36,203 nt of DNA from positions 1 through 36,203 of IMG/VR virus record IMGVR_UViG_3300032227_000196; one strand, written 5' to 3'. The stretch comes from a virus. Its lineage: Duplodnaviria; Caudoviricetes. Shown here one piece after another: positions 6,111 to 16,043 of the stretch. A model generated the notes under the pieces. That model was not told where the DNA came from. It did no database searches and saw nothing but the letters and a program-made list of their open reading frames with translations. Every line of letters begins with the position of its first letter. Position 1 is the stretch's first letter. A program made the translations under genes and the position numbers.

Positions 6111-8013
6111 CCTTTTAGCCAAAGGCGCTTACAATTACGCCCGTCACCCAAGCACGACCGTGCTTTGTATGTCCTACGCCTTTGATGACGAGGACGTTCA
6201 GACATGGGACGGCGACGACAAGTTCCCCGCCCGCGTCCGCAACCACACAGGAATGATCTATGCACATAATGCGGCGTTTGAGCGTCTTATTTGCCGCGAT
6301 GTTCTCAAATTGGACTATCGTCTGGTCCAGTTCTACTGCACTGCGGCGCAAGCGGCGGCTAACTGCGCCCCGCGTTCGCTCGAAGATATTGGACGGTTCA
6401 CTTCGTCCAACATGCGCAAAGACCACAAAGGCAAAGCCCTTATCAAGAAGCTCTGCGTGCCCCGCGCCGACGGAACATTCAACAACGACCCTGATCTATT
6501 GAAAGAGATGATTGCCTATTGCGAGCAGGACGTCTGGACCATGCGCGCAATCAGCAAGATGCTGCGCCCGTTGACCGCCGAGGAGCTGTTAGACTACCAT
6601 GTCAATGAGCGCATCAACGACCGCGGCGTGCTGCTGGACAAACCGCTGGCGGAAGCGGCGGTCAAATACGCCGAAGCCGAAGTGGTCGAGATACAGCAGA
6701 TCGTCAAGGAAGTGACCAAAGGCGAGATCACCTCGGTGCGGTCGCCCAAGATGAAAGAATGGGTGCGCGTCCGCGTCGGACCAACCGCCCTTGGTTTTAT
6801 GAAAGTTAATGAAGATGGCGAAGAAAGGTATTCGCTCGATAAAACCGTCCGGGCGAATCTCTTGGCGCTCGCGGACGAGAACGAGTCGGAAGTGCCACAC
6901 GATGTCGCAGAAGTCATTCAGTGCGCGGATGACCTCTGGTCGTCAAGTGTGGCGAAGTTCGCAAGACTTGCTCAACTTAGTGACGACGAAGATGGGGTTG
7001 TGCGAGGAGCTTTTGTTTTTAACGGCGGAAGTGCGACAGGCCGAGCATCATCTTACGGTGCTCAGGTCCATAATTTCCCAAGAAAGTCTCACAACGATGC
7101 ACTGAACGTGCGCGAGAGTATCATTCAAGGCGCGCCGATTGTACCAAAATACGGCAAACGCGTCACCGACGTGCTCAAGCAGATGCTGCGCCCCGCCCTG
7201 ATACCCGCCGCCGGTAAGAAGCTGGTTGTGGCTGACTGGTCGAGCATCGAAGCGCGCGTCACGCCGTGGATGACCGACACGCCGCACGGCGAGAAGAAGC
7301 TGGAGCTGTTTGCCACAGGCGCCGACGTTTACAAGCACAACGCCGCCGCTACTTTTGGGGTCCGCCCCGACGAGGTTAACGACCACCAGCGTCAAGTCGG
7401 GAAGGTGCAGGAGCTTGCCTGCGGGTTCGGCGGCGGCGTGGGGGCGTTTGCCAACATGGCGCGCATCTACAATTTGACCCTGACCGAGGCTGAAAGTCAA
7501 CGGATGGTTGACGCTTGGCGGCGCGCTAACGTCTGGGGGCCGATCTACTGGTCGCTGCTTGAACAGGCGTACCACCGCGCGATGCGCAACAAGGGACGCG
7601 AGATTACGGCAGGACGGGTGACCTATCTTTTTGATGGCGTCCATCTTTGGTATGCGTTACCATCTGGCCGTGTTTTGTGCTATCCCCACGCCCGCTTTGA
7701 CAGCGAGGGCATCTCGTATGCCAAGGCGGCGTGGAAACCCGCACAAGACGCCCGCGAATGGCCCCGCGCCCGTCTTTGGAAGGGATTGGCGGTTGAAAAT
7801 ATGGTGCAGGCCACAGCCAATGACTTATTGCGTCACGCTTTGCGGCAAATCCCTAACGTAGTGCTCCACGTGCACGATGAAATTGTGGTGGAGAGCGATA
7901 CGCCGGAGGAAACAGCGGAGTTTGTAAAGAAAATAATGTCCACGCCGCCTAGTTGGTGTGCGGGGCTGCCTTTATCGGCAGACGTTAAAATTATGAACCG
8001 TTACGGGAAATAA
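6067..8013 (+). CDS. polA: Family A DNA polymerase with 3'-5' exonuclease
   Basis: ExoI LDFET, ExoII HNAAFE, ExoIII YCEQD; motif A ADWSSIEAR, motif B RQVGKVQELACGFG, motif C HVHDEIV. Confidence 0.95.
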   Translation: MSILYLDFETRSRCDLLAKGAYNYARHPSTTVLCMSYAFDDEDVQTWDGDDKFPARVRNHTGMIYAHNAAFERLICRDVLKLDYRLVQFYCTAAQAAANCAPRSLEDIGRFTSSNMRKDHKGKALIKKLCVPRADGTFNNDPDLLKEMIAYCEQDVWTMRAISKMLRPLTAEELLDYHVNERINDRGVLLDKPLAEAAVKYAEAEVVEIQQIVKEVTKGEITSVRSPKMKEWVRVRVGPTALGFMKVNEDGEERYSLDKTVRANLLALADENESEVPHDVAEVIQCADDLWSSSVAKFARLAQLSDDEDGVVRGAFVFNGGSATGRASSYGAQVHNFPRKSHNDALNVRESIIQGAPIVPKYGKRVTDVLKQMLRPALIPAAGKKLVVADWSSIEARVTPWMTDTPHGEKKLELFATGADVYKHNAAATFGVRPDEVNDHQRQVGKVQELACGFGGGVGAFANMARIYNLTLTEAESQRMVDAWRRANVWGPIYWSLLEQAYHRAMRNKGREITAGRVTYLFDGVHLWYALPSGRVLCYPHARFDSEGISYAKAAWKPAQDAREWPRARLWKGLAVENMVQATANDLLRHALRQIPNVVLHVHDEIVVESDTPEETAEFVKKIMSTPPSWCAGLPLSADVKIMNRYGK

Positions 8014-8016
8014 ATC

Positions 8017-8481
8017 ATGATTACGCAAACTGAGTTAAAAAATTTATTGCGGTACGACCCTGAAACGGGAGCTTTTTATTACTTAACCGACCGCAAACAG
8101 GCAAAGGCAGGCGACATGGCGGGCGTTCGCCATTCGCAAGGATATACTCAAATTCGTATTGGGCTAGGCAAAGCATTTTTAGCTCATAGATTGGCGTGGC
8201 TTTATGTCTATGGGCATATGCCGCCGGAGATAGACCACATTAACAGAGATAAAATGGATAACAGGATTGTTAATCTTCGCTCTGTTACGCGGGGTGAAAA
8301 TTTGAGAAATACAAAAGTACGCATTGACAACGCTTCTGGCGTCAAGGGCGTATATTACGGCAGGGCTTCATGGTACGCGCAACTTAACGTAGGTGGTAAA
8401 ATTAAACACCTTGGATCGTTTGCATCTAAAGAAGAAGCCTCTGCAGCGCGGCTTATGGCTGAAAGGATTTATGGCAAATGA
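8017..8481 (+). CDS. Free-standing HNH endonuclease with AP2-like domain
   Basis: AHRLAWLYVYG...IDHINRDKMDNRIVNLR; SGVKGV...WYAQL...HLGSFASKEEA; visibly more AT-rich than its flanks. Confidence 0.9.
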   Translation: MITQTELKNLLRYDPETGAFYYLTDRKQAKAGDMAGVRHSQGYTQIRIGLGKAFLAHRLAWLYVYGHMPPEIDHINRDKMDNRIVNLRSVTRGENLRNTKVRIDNASGVKGVYYGRASWYAQLNVGGKIKHLGSFASKEEASAARLMAERIYGK

Positions 8482-10736
8482 CCAAATTTAATCAATATCT
8501 CGCATCTTTGGCGCCCGAAGGCGAAACCATGCTGTTTGTCGAACAGGTGGTCAAGGCCGACGGCAAGACCTTTTGGATGCCCTATTACCCAACCGAGGAC
8601 AAGACCGGCGCGCTGTACTGCAACACCGCCAGCTTCATCACCGACCGCTTCCCTAACCAGCGCAAGCCCAAGGCGCAGTCGGAGTTCGCCGACATGGTGG
8701 CAGTGTTGGTGCTTGACGACATTGGCACCAAGTCCAAGGCACCACCGCTGGAGCCGACGTGGAAGATGACCACCTCGGCGGGCAACCAGCAGTGGGGCTA
8801 CACGTTTAACATCGACCACCAGCCAACCAAGAACGAGTTCTCCGCCGCCGTGAAGGCGATTGCGGAGGCGGGTTACACCGACGCAGGCATGACCAACCCC
8901 GTGCGCAACTTCCGCATCGAGGGGTCGGTCAACCTGAAAGAAGGCAAAGGCAACTACATCTCGCACGTCAGCGACTTCGACCCGACGCGCGAGTTCACGC
9001 TGGCCGACATCTGCGCCGCGCTTGGCGTAACCCCTGCCGAGGCCGACACCGCCGTTGCAGGCGGGATCAGGATCGAGGACGATGGGGCCGACATCGTGCT
9101 GCGCTGGCTGTCCGAGCACGATCAGGTGCTTGAGCCAACCAACGCCGACGGCTGGACGGGGGTGATTTGCCCCAACTATGAGGAGCACACTACCGGCATT
9201 GAGGGCGGGCGTTACAATTCGATTACCCGCGCCTTCTCGTGCTTTCACGGCCACTGCGCGCACATTACTAGCGAGACCTACGCGCAGTACGTCGAGAACA
9301 ACGGCGGACCACACTACGACCGCGGCTACCGCAGCGACCTTGTGTTCGGTCGCCTGAGCGATAACTTGACCAAGGCGGGCCTTACACCAACCAAAGCCTA
9401 CCCTAACCGCACCGAAGAGATCATCGCCGAAGTCGAGCGCAAAGAGCTGGGGCGCACTGCCAAGCAGAACTGGTTCACGCGGTTCGCTTATGTGCCAAAC
9501 GAGGACGCCTACTTTGACCTTGAGGAGCGCAGGCTGTTGTCGCGTCGCGCGTTTGACGCCATGTTCCGCCACATCGAGTGCAAGTCGATCCACGGCGAGA
9601 AGAAGCCCAAGATTGACGCGTCGCGGTGCTTTGACGAGAACAGGCAGGCGTTGGGCGCGCATACGCTGGACGGCTTGACGTTCGCTGCTGGCGACAGCGT
9701 GCTGGCGGTCGAAGAGGGCCGCGTCTATGGCAACCGCTGGATTGACAGCCGCCGCACAGGCGCGGATGCCGACGCCAGCATCTGGCTGCAACACGTCGAG
9801 CGTATGGTGCCCGACGCTGACGTGCGGGCGCATGTGCTTGACACGATGGCGTTCAAGCTCCAGACGCCCAAGAAGAAGATCAACCACGCCATTCTGCACT
9901 ACGGCGTGGAAGGCGCGGGCAAGGACGCGATGTGGTCGCCGTTCTTCCACGCTATCGGGATGCGCAACGTGGTGGTCAACGACGTGGACCAGATCAGCGG
10001 CGACTGGGGCTATAGCCTTGAGAACGAGGTGATCGTGTTCAACGAGTTGAAAGAGGCGTCCGCCAATGAGCGGCGCGCTTTGGCCAACCGGCTGAAAGGG
10101 CTGATCGCCGCGCCGCCGGACAAGCTGGAAGTGCGGCGCAAGGGCGAGCACCCCTACATGATCCCCAACAGGGCGTTCGTAATGGCGTTCACCAACCACC
10201 CCGCCGCTATCTCGCTGGCCGCCGCCGACCGCCGCTGGATGTGTATCCATTCGACAGCGCCGCGCATGGACGAGGCGGACGCCAAGGCGTTGTGGGGCTG
10301 GTACGAGCGCGGCGGGGGCTACGACGCGGTGGCGGGCTATCTGTTGCGCCGCAACATAGCGCACTACAACCCGTCGGCGCCGCCAATGGCGACCGACTTT
10401 AAGGTCAATATGGTTGAGATGGGCCGATCAGATGCTGAAGCATATATGATCGACATGATGCGCAATTGCTCTGGCGAGTTTTCCAAAGGCGTTATTGGCG
10501 GCCCGTGGCATAAGTTGATCGACATGCTGCAAGGTGGCATCACCACGACCAAGCTCTATAAGGGCGTGCTGATGGAGGCGTTCAAAGAAGCGGGTTGGGT
10601 TGACAAGGGGTTGATCATGTCCGCACAGCACACGACCAAACGTCATGTATTCTGTCACCCCGACAAAACGTACATGTCAAACAGCGACTTGCGTCGCGCG
10701 ATTGAAGAGCCTGTTGAATTGAAGGTGGTGAAGTGA
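8478..10736 (+). CDS. Primase-helicase (primase-like N-terminus, Zn motif, SF3/DUF5906-type helicase)
   Basis: LVLDDIG, TSAGNQQWGY, CP..EEH...CFHGHC, Walker A GVEGAGKD, Walker B VIVFNE, DRRW. Confidence 0.88.
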   Translation: MTKFNQYLASLAPEGETMLFVEQVVKADGKTFWMPYYPTEDKTGALYCNTASFITDRFPNQRKPKAQSEFADMVAVLVLDDIGTKSKAPPLEPTWKMTTSAGNQQWGYTFNIDHQPTKNEFSAAVKAIAEAGYTDAGMTNPVRNFRIEGSVNLKEGKGNYISHVSDFDPTREFTLADICAALGVTPAEADTAVAGGIRIEDDGADIVLRWLSEHDQVLEPTNADGWTGVICPNYEEHTTGIEGGRYNSITRAFSCFHGHCAHITSETYAQYVENNGGPHYDRGYRSDLVFGRLSDNLTKAGLTPTKAYPNRTEEIIAEVERKELGRTAKQNWFTRFAYVPNEDAYFDLEERRLLSRRAFDAMFRHIECKSIHGEKKPKIDASRCFDENRQALGAHTLDGLTFAAGDSVLAVEEGRVYGNRWIDSRRTGADADASIWLQHVERMVPDADVRAHVLDTMAFKLQTPKKKINHAILHYGVEGAGKDAMWSPFFHAIGMRNVVVNDVDQISGDWGYSLENEVIVFNELKEASANERRALANRLKGLIAAPPDKLEVRRKGEHPYMIPNRAFVMAFTNHPAAISLAAADRRWMCIHSTAPRMDEADAKALWGWYERGGGYDAVAGYLLRRNIAHYNPSAPPMATDFKVNMVEMGRSDAEAYMIDMMRNCSGEFSKGVIGGPWHKLIDMLQGGITTTKLYKGVLMEAFKEAGWVDKGLIMSAQHTTKRHVFCHPDKTYMSNSDLRRAIEEPVELKVVK

Positions 10737-11008
10737 TGCTTGAAAAGCAGATCGAAGCCTACCTTGTCAAGCGCGTCAAAGAAATCGGCGGCATCGCCTA
10801 CAAGTTTACGTCGCCGTCCAACCGCGGCGTGTCCGACCGGATCGTGGTGCTGCCCAATGGTGGCGTTTGTTTTGTAGAATTGAAACGTGCGGGTGGCAAA
10901 CTAACCCGCCTGCAAGTGATGTTCGCCGAGACAATGTATGCCATGGGGCAGCGTTACGTTTGCCTGTGGTCAAAAGAGGAGGTCGACAAATGGATCAGCC
11001 AACTTTAA
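10733..11008 (+). CDS. VRR-NUC domain nuclease
   Basis: LEKQIE...GGIAYKFTSP..RGVSDRIV...FVELKR.GGKL..LQ. Confidence 0.9.
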   Translation: MMLEKQIEAYLVKRVKEIGGIAYKFTSPSNRGVSDRIVVLPNGGVCFVELKRAGGKLTRLQVMFAETMYAMGQRYVCLWSKEEVDKWISQL

Positions 11009-12324
11009 GACCATACCAAGAGGACGCCGCCGACTTCTTGTACGAGCGTGACCGTGCGATGGTGCTAGCCCCTGTGGGGGCTGGCAAGACCGCGCTAACC
11101 TTAACCGCCATCCGCGACATGATTGCGGACGGTATTGTCAAGCGCGTGCTGGTCGTTGCGCCCCTGCGCGTTGCGTCCTCGGTCTGGCCTGCGGAGGCCA
11201 AGGTGTGGGCGCCCGAGCTGACCGTCGGCGTCGCCTGCGGCGCGCCTGAAAAACGTACGCAAGTTCTGTATAATACGGACTTTCAAATCGTCACTACGAA
11301 TTATGATAACTTGGTATGGCTATCGGGGCACAAATTCGCGTTTGACATTATCGTGTTCGACGAATTGACCCGACTGAAGAACCCGTCAGGCGCCCGCTTC
11401 AAGGCGCTATCGAAGGTAATAGACCGCATACCGATACGCTGGGGTCTGACGGGTTCGTTCACCTCTAACGGGCTGGAGGACGTGTTCGGGCAATGCAAGA
11501 TCATTGACCAGAAGCTGCTGGGCCGGTCGAAAGGTGCATTTATGCAACAGTACTTCACTTTGATTAACAAAGAGTACAACCAGTGGGTACCGCGCCCCGA
11601 CGCGCTGCCACAGGTCATGCGCCGCATCAAGCCCGCAACCTATGTGCTGGCCAACAACATGTACACGCTGCCGCAGCTCTTAGTGGTTGAGGTGTCGGTG
11701 GCGATGGCCGACCGCACGGCGTACGATAACATGAAAAAGCACTTCCTGCACGAGGACATCGTTGCGCTGACAGCGGCGACGGTAACACAAAAGCTCCAAC
11801 AACTGTCATCGGGCTTTGCATATGACATCGACCAGACGGGGCGGTGGTACTCCACGCACAAGCTCGACCGGCTGGAAGAGCTGCTAAACGAGAACCAGAA
11901 CGCCAACACAATCATCGTATACCAGTACAAGGAAGAGCTTGCAGAATTAAAGCGTCGGTTTAAGGTTGCAACGCTAGAGAACCAAGACAGCATCGACAAA
12001 TGGAACAAAGGCGAGACGCCGCTACTTGCCATTCACCCTGCTGGCGCTGGTCATGGCCTCAATCTGCAACACGGCGGTCATAATATTGTGTTCTTATCCC
12101 TGCCGTGGTCGCTTGAGCTGTTCGAACAGACAGTTGGGCGGCTGCACCGCAGCGGTCAAAAGTCGGACGTATGGTGCTATGTTATGCTGACAGAGAACAG
12201 CATTGACGAAAAGATTTGGACGTCGCTGCACAACAAGAAATCTCTGGCGGAGATCGCCTTAGAGGAGCTTAAAAGCGATGCCATACAAGGACAACGCGAC
12301 CCGTCGAGCGGCGTATCACGCTAA
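10990..12324 (+). CDS. SNF2-like SF2 helicase
   Basis: LRPYQ, GAGKT, FDELT, LTGS, GHGLNLQ, QTVGRLHRSGQ; ATG 10990 follows GGAGG. Confidence 0.92.
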   Translation: MDQPTLRPYQEDAADFLYERDRAMVLAPVGAGKTALTLTAIRDMIADGIVKRVLVVAPLRVASSVWPAEAKVWAPELTVGVACGAPEKRTQVLYNTDFQIVTTNYDNLVWLSGHKFAFDIIVFDELTRLKNPSGARFKALSKVIDRIPIRWGLTGSFTSNGLEDVFGQCKIIDQKLLGRSKGAFMQQYFTLINKEYNQWVPRPDALPQVMRRIKPATYVLANNMYTLPQLLVVEVSVAMADRTAYDNMKKHFLHEDIVALTAATVTQKLQQLSSGFAYDIDQTGRWYSTHKLDRLEELLNENQNANTIIVYQYKEELAELKRRFKVATLENQDSIDKWNKGETPLLAIHPAGAGHGLNLQHGGHNIVFLSLPWSLELFEQTVGRLHRSGQKSDVWCYVMLTENSIDEKIWTSLHNKKSLAEIALEELKSDAIQGQRDPSSGVSR

Positions 12325-12643
12325 CCCCACCCGCCACTACCGCACTAAAGAACGCTACCGCTACGGCATAACGCGGGACGACATGATCGAGCTGCTAGGC
12401 AATGACGATTGCACGATCTGCGGGCGCAACGGTGGGGCTAAACGCAACCCCATTGACCATTGCAGTGAAACCAAGACCGCACGCGGGTTCCTTTGCTCCG
12501 CGTGCAATACGGCTATTGGGCTGCTTAACCATTGCCCCCACCGCCTTCGGAAGGCAGCGGAGTATATTGAGCGGCCTCCGCTGATTGCTCCGGAGCGTTA
12601 TGCACATCTTCTTCGCGCAGCACGGGGTAAGCAGACCACTTAA
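12278..12643 (+). CDS. Endonuclease VII-family nuclease
   Basis: RYGIT...CTICG...IDHC.ET...RGFLCSACN.AIG...LRKAAEY; RBS GAGGAG. Confidence 0.85.
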   Translation: MPYKDNATRRAAYHANPTRHYRTKERYRYGITRDDMIELLGNDDCTICGRNGGAKRNPIDHCSETKTARGFLCSACNTAIGLLNHCPHRLRKAAEYIERPPLIAPERYAHLLRAARGKQTT

Positions 12644-13007
12644 GCTCATAGTGCACGCCGTCTTTGAGCGTCTTCCAGTCGCCGCCCCATGTGATGGGGA
12701 TGTTCAGCTCGGCAGCGGTCTTCTTGAAAATCTCCGCCAGATGGGCGTAGTATTTCCATTCCCACGTCAAAATGCCTTTTTCGTCTTTGGCGCCGATGTC
12801 AATGGCGTGGCCGGTCAGATGACGGCTGTTCATTGTCTGGCTGGCGCCCTTGGCGAAGTTGATTTTCTCCTGCTCTAGCGTGCGGACGCCTTCGAGCACA
12901 AAGAAGTCAGCGTCGGTGACTTCGTAGACGCGCTCGACCAGCTTCACAAGGTCAGGATGCACGCCCTGAAGGCGCGATTTTGATTTGATAGTTGGGGTAA
13001 ACGTCAT
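12525..13007 (-). CDS. Endolysin, M15-family peptidase
   Basis: RLQGVHPDL, EGVRTLEQ, SRHLTGHAID (SxHxxGxAxD), WGGDW..LKDGVHYEL. Confidence 0.92.
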   Translation of the reverse strand: MTFTPTIKSKSRLQGVHPDLVKLVERVYEVTDADFFVLEGVRTLEQEKINFAKGASQTMNSRHLTGHAIDIGAKDEKGILTWEWKYYAHLAEIFKKTAAELNIPITWGGDWKTLKDGVHYELKWSAYPVLREEDVHNAPEQSAEAAQYTPLPSEGGGGNG

Positions 13008-13378
13008 TGCCGGGCGACTCCAATTTTCTTTTCGTAAGTTCGCAAACCTGCTAACCCCAACATTGCCATTACGAGTTCCATAAGGCTTCCATCAAGAGCA
13101 GGATAAGTGCCGTAACCAGTAGCGGTGGCAAGGGGTCTGATAACATATTGGTAAGCAAGGCCGGCTGCTCCTATCCATCCAATCATTGGCCGCCACCCCG
13201 ACACGAACAAGTTGGGGTTGGCGGCTTCTGCGGTGTTTGTCTCTGATTGCGCGGCGTCCCACTTCTGTAGGCTGTCGCGCAGCGCGGCTTCTGCACTGAT
13301 CTTTGCGTTTGGGTCAGGAACAAATTTGTTGATGACCTGTAAGCCAGCCGCGATGGCGTCGTCAATCCCGAACGTCAT
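13004..13378 (-). CDS. Holin (3TM, gene-transfer-agent type)
   Basis: FVSGWRPMIGW and MLGLAGLRTYEK motifs; adjacent to the endolysin. Confidence 0.85.
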   Translation of the reverse strand: MTFGIDDAIAAGLQVINKFVPDPNAKISAEAALRDSLQKWDAAQSETNTAEAANPNLFVSGWRPMIGWIGAAGLAYQYVIRPLATATGYGTYPALDGSLMELVMAMLGLAGLRTYEKKIGVARQ

Positions 13379-13611
13379 AGCTTGTCCGCCTTGCTGTCAA
13401 GTTTATCGTATATACGCTGGAACATATCTTCGATCCGCTCCATGCGCTTGTCCAGATCGCTGCGCTTGACGTAGTTCTCAGGCAGATTGACTTCTAGCGT
13501 GTGCAGATCAGCACGCAGCTCTTTCACCGCGTCCCACAACTGCCGCGCGAACCAGCCAAGAACCGACAACGCCGCGCCACCGAGAAGGTTGATGAAGTGC
13601 TGCATTTCCAT
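13375..13611 (-). CDS. Small TM plus coiled-coil protein in the lysis cassette
   Basis: N-terminal hydrophobic helix, then LPENYVKRSD...KLDSKADK. Confidence 0.7.
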   Translation of the reverse strand: MEMQHFINLLGGAALSVLGWFARQLWDAVKELRADLHTLEVNLPENYVKRSDLDKRMERIEDMFQRIYDKLDSKADKL

Positions 13612-16043
13612 TATCGACCTGCTAATGCGTTTTGGTTGACGGGGGAACCGGCTTGCACCGCACCCAAGGCAAGGGCGGGCGCCGCGCGGCGGGCAAGAGC
13701 ATTTTGAGCCTGACCCCGCGCTTGAAACGCCAAGGCTTTTTCAATAGTTGCCGCGCCCGCGGCAGGGTTTGACAGCTCGCGCGCCAACTCCAACGCAAGT
13801 TTGGGGTCCAAATGGCCGGTAAGTCTTTTTGCAACCATATTGAAAAGAGTAATGCCCCGGTTTAGGAACGACGCGGTTGGGATTCCAACTTGCGCGGCGG
13901 CTTCGGTTGCCAACCGCTCGCTGCCTTCGGCTGCTGGACCCCCCGCTGCAACAAGGCGTTGGTATTCACCCGAACGCGCCAGATCGCGGCGTACGGCGTC
14001 CACGGCTTGCAACTGGTCGGGCGTCATGCCTTTTGTCAGCTCGTCAATGCGCTTGTTGATAGCCAACGCGTTTGACCCCGGCGGCAGCGGTGGGGCTAAC
14101 TTGTTGCCGCTAGCATCCGCAATGCGCTTGATCTCGGCCAAACGCGCTGCGTCGGCTTTGACGGTTTCAAACTTCTGCGCAAGGCCCATACCGGCGTTGT
14201 CAAGCTCGGCAATTGGCGCGCGGTAGCTTTTCATAAACGCCGCGACTTTTTCAGGCGCAACGTCGCCCGTTTCGGTCAAAACCTTCTGGCGGAACAAATC
14301 CTCGATGCCGGTGCTGGCGATTTTCATAGCGTCGGGGTTTTGACCAAACAGCGTCACAAACTGCTTGGCTTCCGACGCGCCGTTGGGGTTAAAATACTTT
14401 TGCACCACATCTTCAGGGCGTACTTTGCCTTCGTTGATTGATGTTTGTTTGAACAAGTTGGCGTTTACGCCGGTCTTGAAACGCGGCACCATCTCGGTGC
14501 GGTACAAGTTCACCGCCTGCGCGTACGCGGCTTTGGCCGCTTCTGGCAGCGTGTCGCTTTTGCCAATAGCGTCGTCAATGACCTCGTGCAACTGTTCAAG
14601 CTGACGCAACCGCGTGGCGGCCATAGGGTCTGACGACATTTTGGCGGCGGTAACGTCGGCGTTGATGTCTTTACGCAGCGCGTCAAGCTCACGCATGTTG
14701 GCGGTTGGTGCTTTGGGCGCGGTGGCTTCGGTCGTGTAACCAACGTTTTCTCCAAGCGAAACGTACTCGTCCGGCGTTGGACCTTTCTTAAACGACATCA
14801 GCGCACGCGCTGTCTGCGGTGCGCTGCGCGGGTCGATCTGCGCCAACGGCTGGCCAAGAATGTCTTCGGCCTTCTTGACCACATCCGAAATGTCAACCTT
14901 GGCTTTACCCGCCAAATCAAACGCGCTTTCATAAGCGGGCGTAATGACGTTTTTTTGCAAGTTGTTTTTTTCAACTTTGGCCGCGGCGGTCAGCGCGCTG
15001 CCAACTTCATACGGGTTGACTTCGGTCAGATTGGTGTCAATCTTATTCTTAACGTCGTCAATTTGTTTTTGGTATGTTGTTTGCACACGGTTTTCTTGCG
15101 CCAGTCGCGCCTCATTGACCTGCGCGGCCTGCGTAGCTTTTTCTGTTTCAAAGCCGGGCGCATTGCGCAATTTTTCTACGCCCGCCGAAAACCGTGCCGA
15201 ACCGACCGGCGCGGCAACTTCACCCATGTGCGGCGTTGCGCCGGGAACAATCATAGCTTCTGGCGACCGCGCGGCGGCAAGAATATCTTCGCCGCGGCCC
15301 TCCATCATTTTAAGAAGATCGGAGCTTTTAAGGTCGGACAAAGTGCGCCCGTATTGCGCAAGTTTGTTAACAATCGGAGCCGCGATGGTTGGCACCACTG
15401 CGCCAATAACACCCCCTACTTCGGGGCTTTCTCCTGTGGCTTCAGCCGCCGCCGCACCCGTAACGCCCCCGCCGAAGGCTTTGGTTGCAAAGTTAGTTAC
15501 GCCAGACGGTAACCCAGTTTGAAAGCCGCCGGTCTCAATGGATGTGGCTACCGGCGTCAAGAAGCGCGCCAACGACGGGGCCATCTGCACTGCTTTTTTA
15601 ATAGGTGCCGCAATAAGGCCGCCAACAGGAAGCGTCCCCACAACCTGACCGCCAACGCGCCCTATGTTACCCGCAAGAAGATCACCGTAGTCCCTTTTAT
15701 ATTCGGCTTGCTGACGCGCTGCGATAGCGTCAATTTCTTCTTCGCGTGACGGCCCAGCGTCGCGTGGCGAGATAACGTCTATCCCTCGCGCACCGTACTT
15801 GAGCATGGTGTCGGTAACGTCCTGCGCGCCGCGTCGGACGCCCGCAAAAGGCGAAATGGCGGCGCGGGCGTAATCGGCAACGACGTTGCGCTCAGACGGC
15901 ATACCATCGCTGACAGCGGGCGCGGACGAAGGCGCGCCGCGCATTTGAACCAGCGCGTCCGCTAGAATACGGGCGTGTTCCGTTTCGCCCGCAGCGTGCG
16001 CTTTTTGCAGAGCGTCAATGAGGTCCGCTTCGCTTGCCATCAC
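13611..16043 (-). CDS. Large internal virion / DNA ejection protein (P22 gp16 position)
   Basis: 810 aa, Ala-rich helical; last of three ejection-type genes; call rests on synteny. Confidence 0.65.
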   Translation of the reverse strand: MMASEADLIDALQKAHAAGETEHARILADALVQMRGAPSSAPAVSDGMPSERNVVADYARAAISPFAGVRRGAQDVTDTMLKYGARGIDVISPRDAGPSREEEIDAIAARQQAEYKRDYGDLLAGNIGRVGGQVVGTLPVGGLIAAPIKKAVQMAPSLARFLTPVATSIETGGFQTGLPSGVTNFATKAFGGGVTGAAAAEATGESPEVGGVIGAVVPTIAAPIVNKLAQYGRTLSDLKSSDLLKMMEGRGEDILAAARSPEAMIVPGATPHMGEVAAPVGSARFSAGVEKLRNAPGFETEKATQAAQVNEARLAQENRVQTTYQKQIDDVKNKIDTNLTEVNPYEVGSALTAAAKVEKNNLQKNVITPAYESAFDLAGKAKVDISDVVKKAEDILGQPLAQIDPRSAPQTARALMSFKKGPTPDEYVSLGENVGYTTEATAPKAPTANMRELDALRKDINADVTAAKMSSDPMAATRLRQLEQLHEVIDDAIGKSDTLPEAAKAAYAQAVNLYRTEMVPRFKTGVNANLFKQTSINEGKVRPEDVVQKYFNPNGASEAKQFVTLFGQNPDAMKIASTGIEDLFRQKVLTETGDVAPEKVAAFMKSYRAPIAELDNAGMGLAQKFETVKADAARLAEIKRIADASGNKLAPPLPPGSNALAINKRIDELTKGMTPDQLQAVDAVRRDLARSGEYQRLVAAGGPAAEGSERLATEAAAQVGIPTASFLNRGITLFNMVAKRLTGHLDPKLALELARELSNPAAGAATIEKALAFQARGQAQNALARRAAPALALGAVQAGSPVNQNALAGR

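Noticed and set aside
8469-10364. 631-aa antisense ORF
   Set aside because: Shadow of the GC-rich primase-helicase gene; no motifs or RBS
10867-10989. Helicase N-terminal extension
   Set aside because: Overlaps the VRR-NUC gene; the LRPYQ motif begins just after ATG 10990
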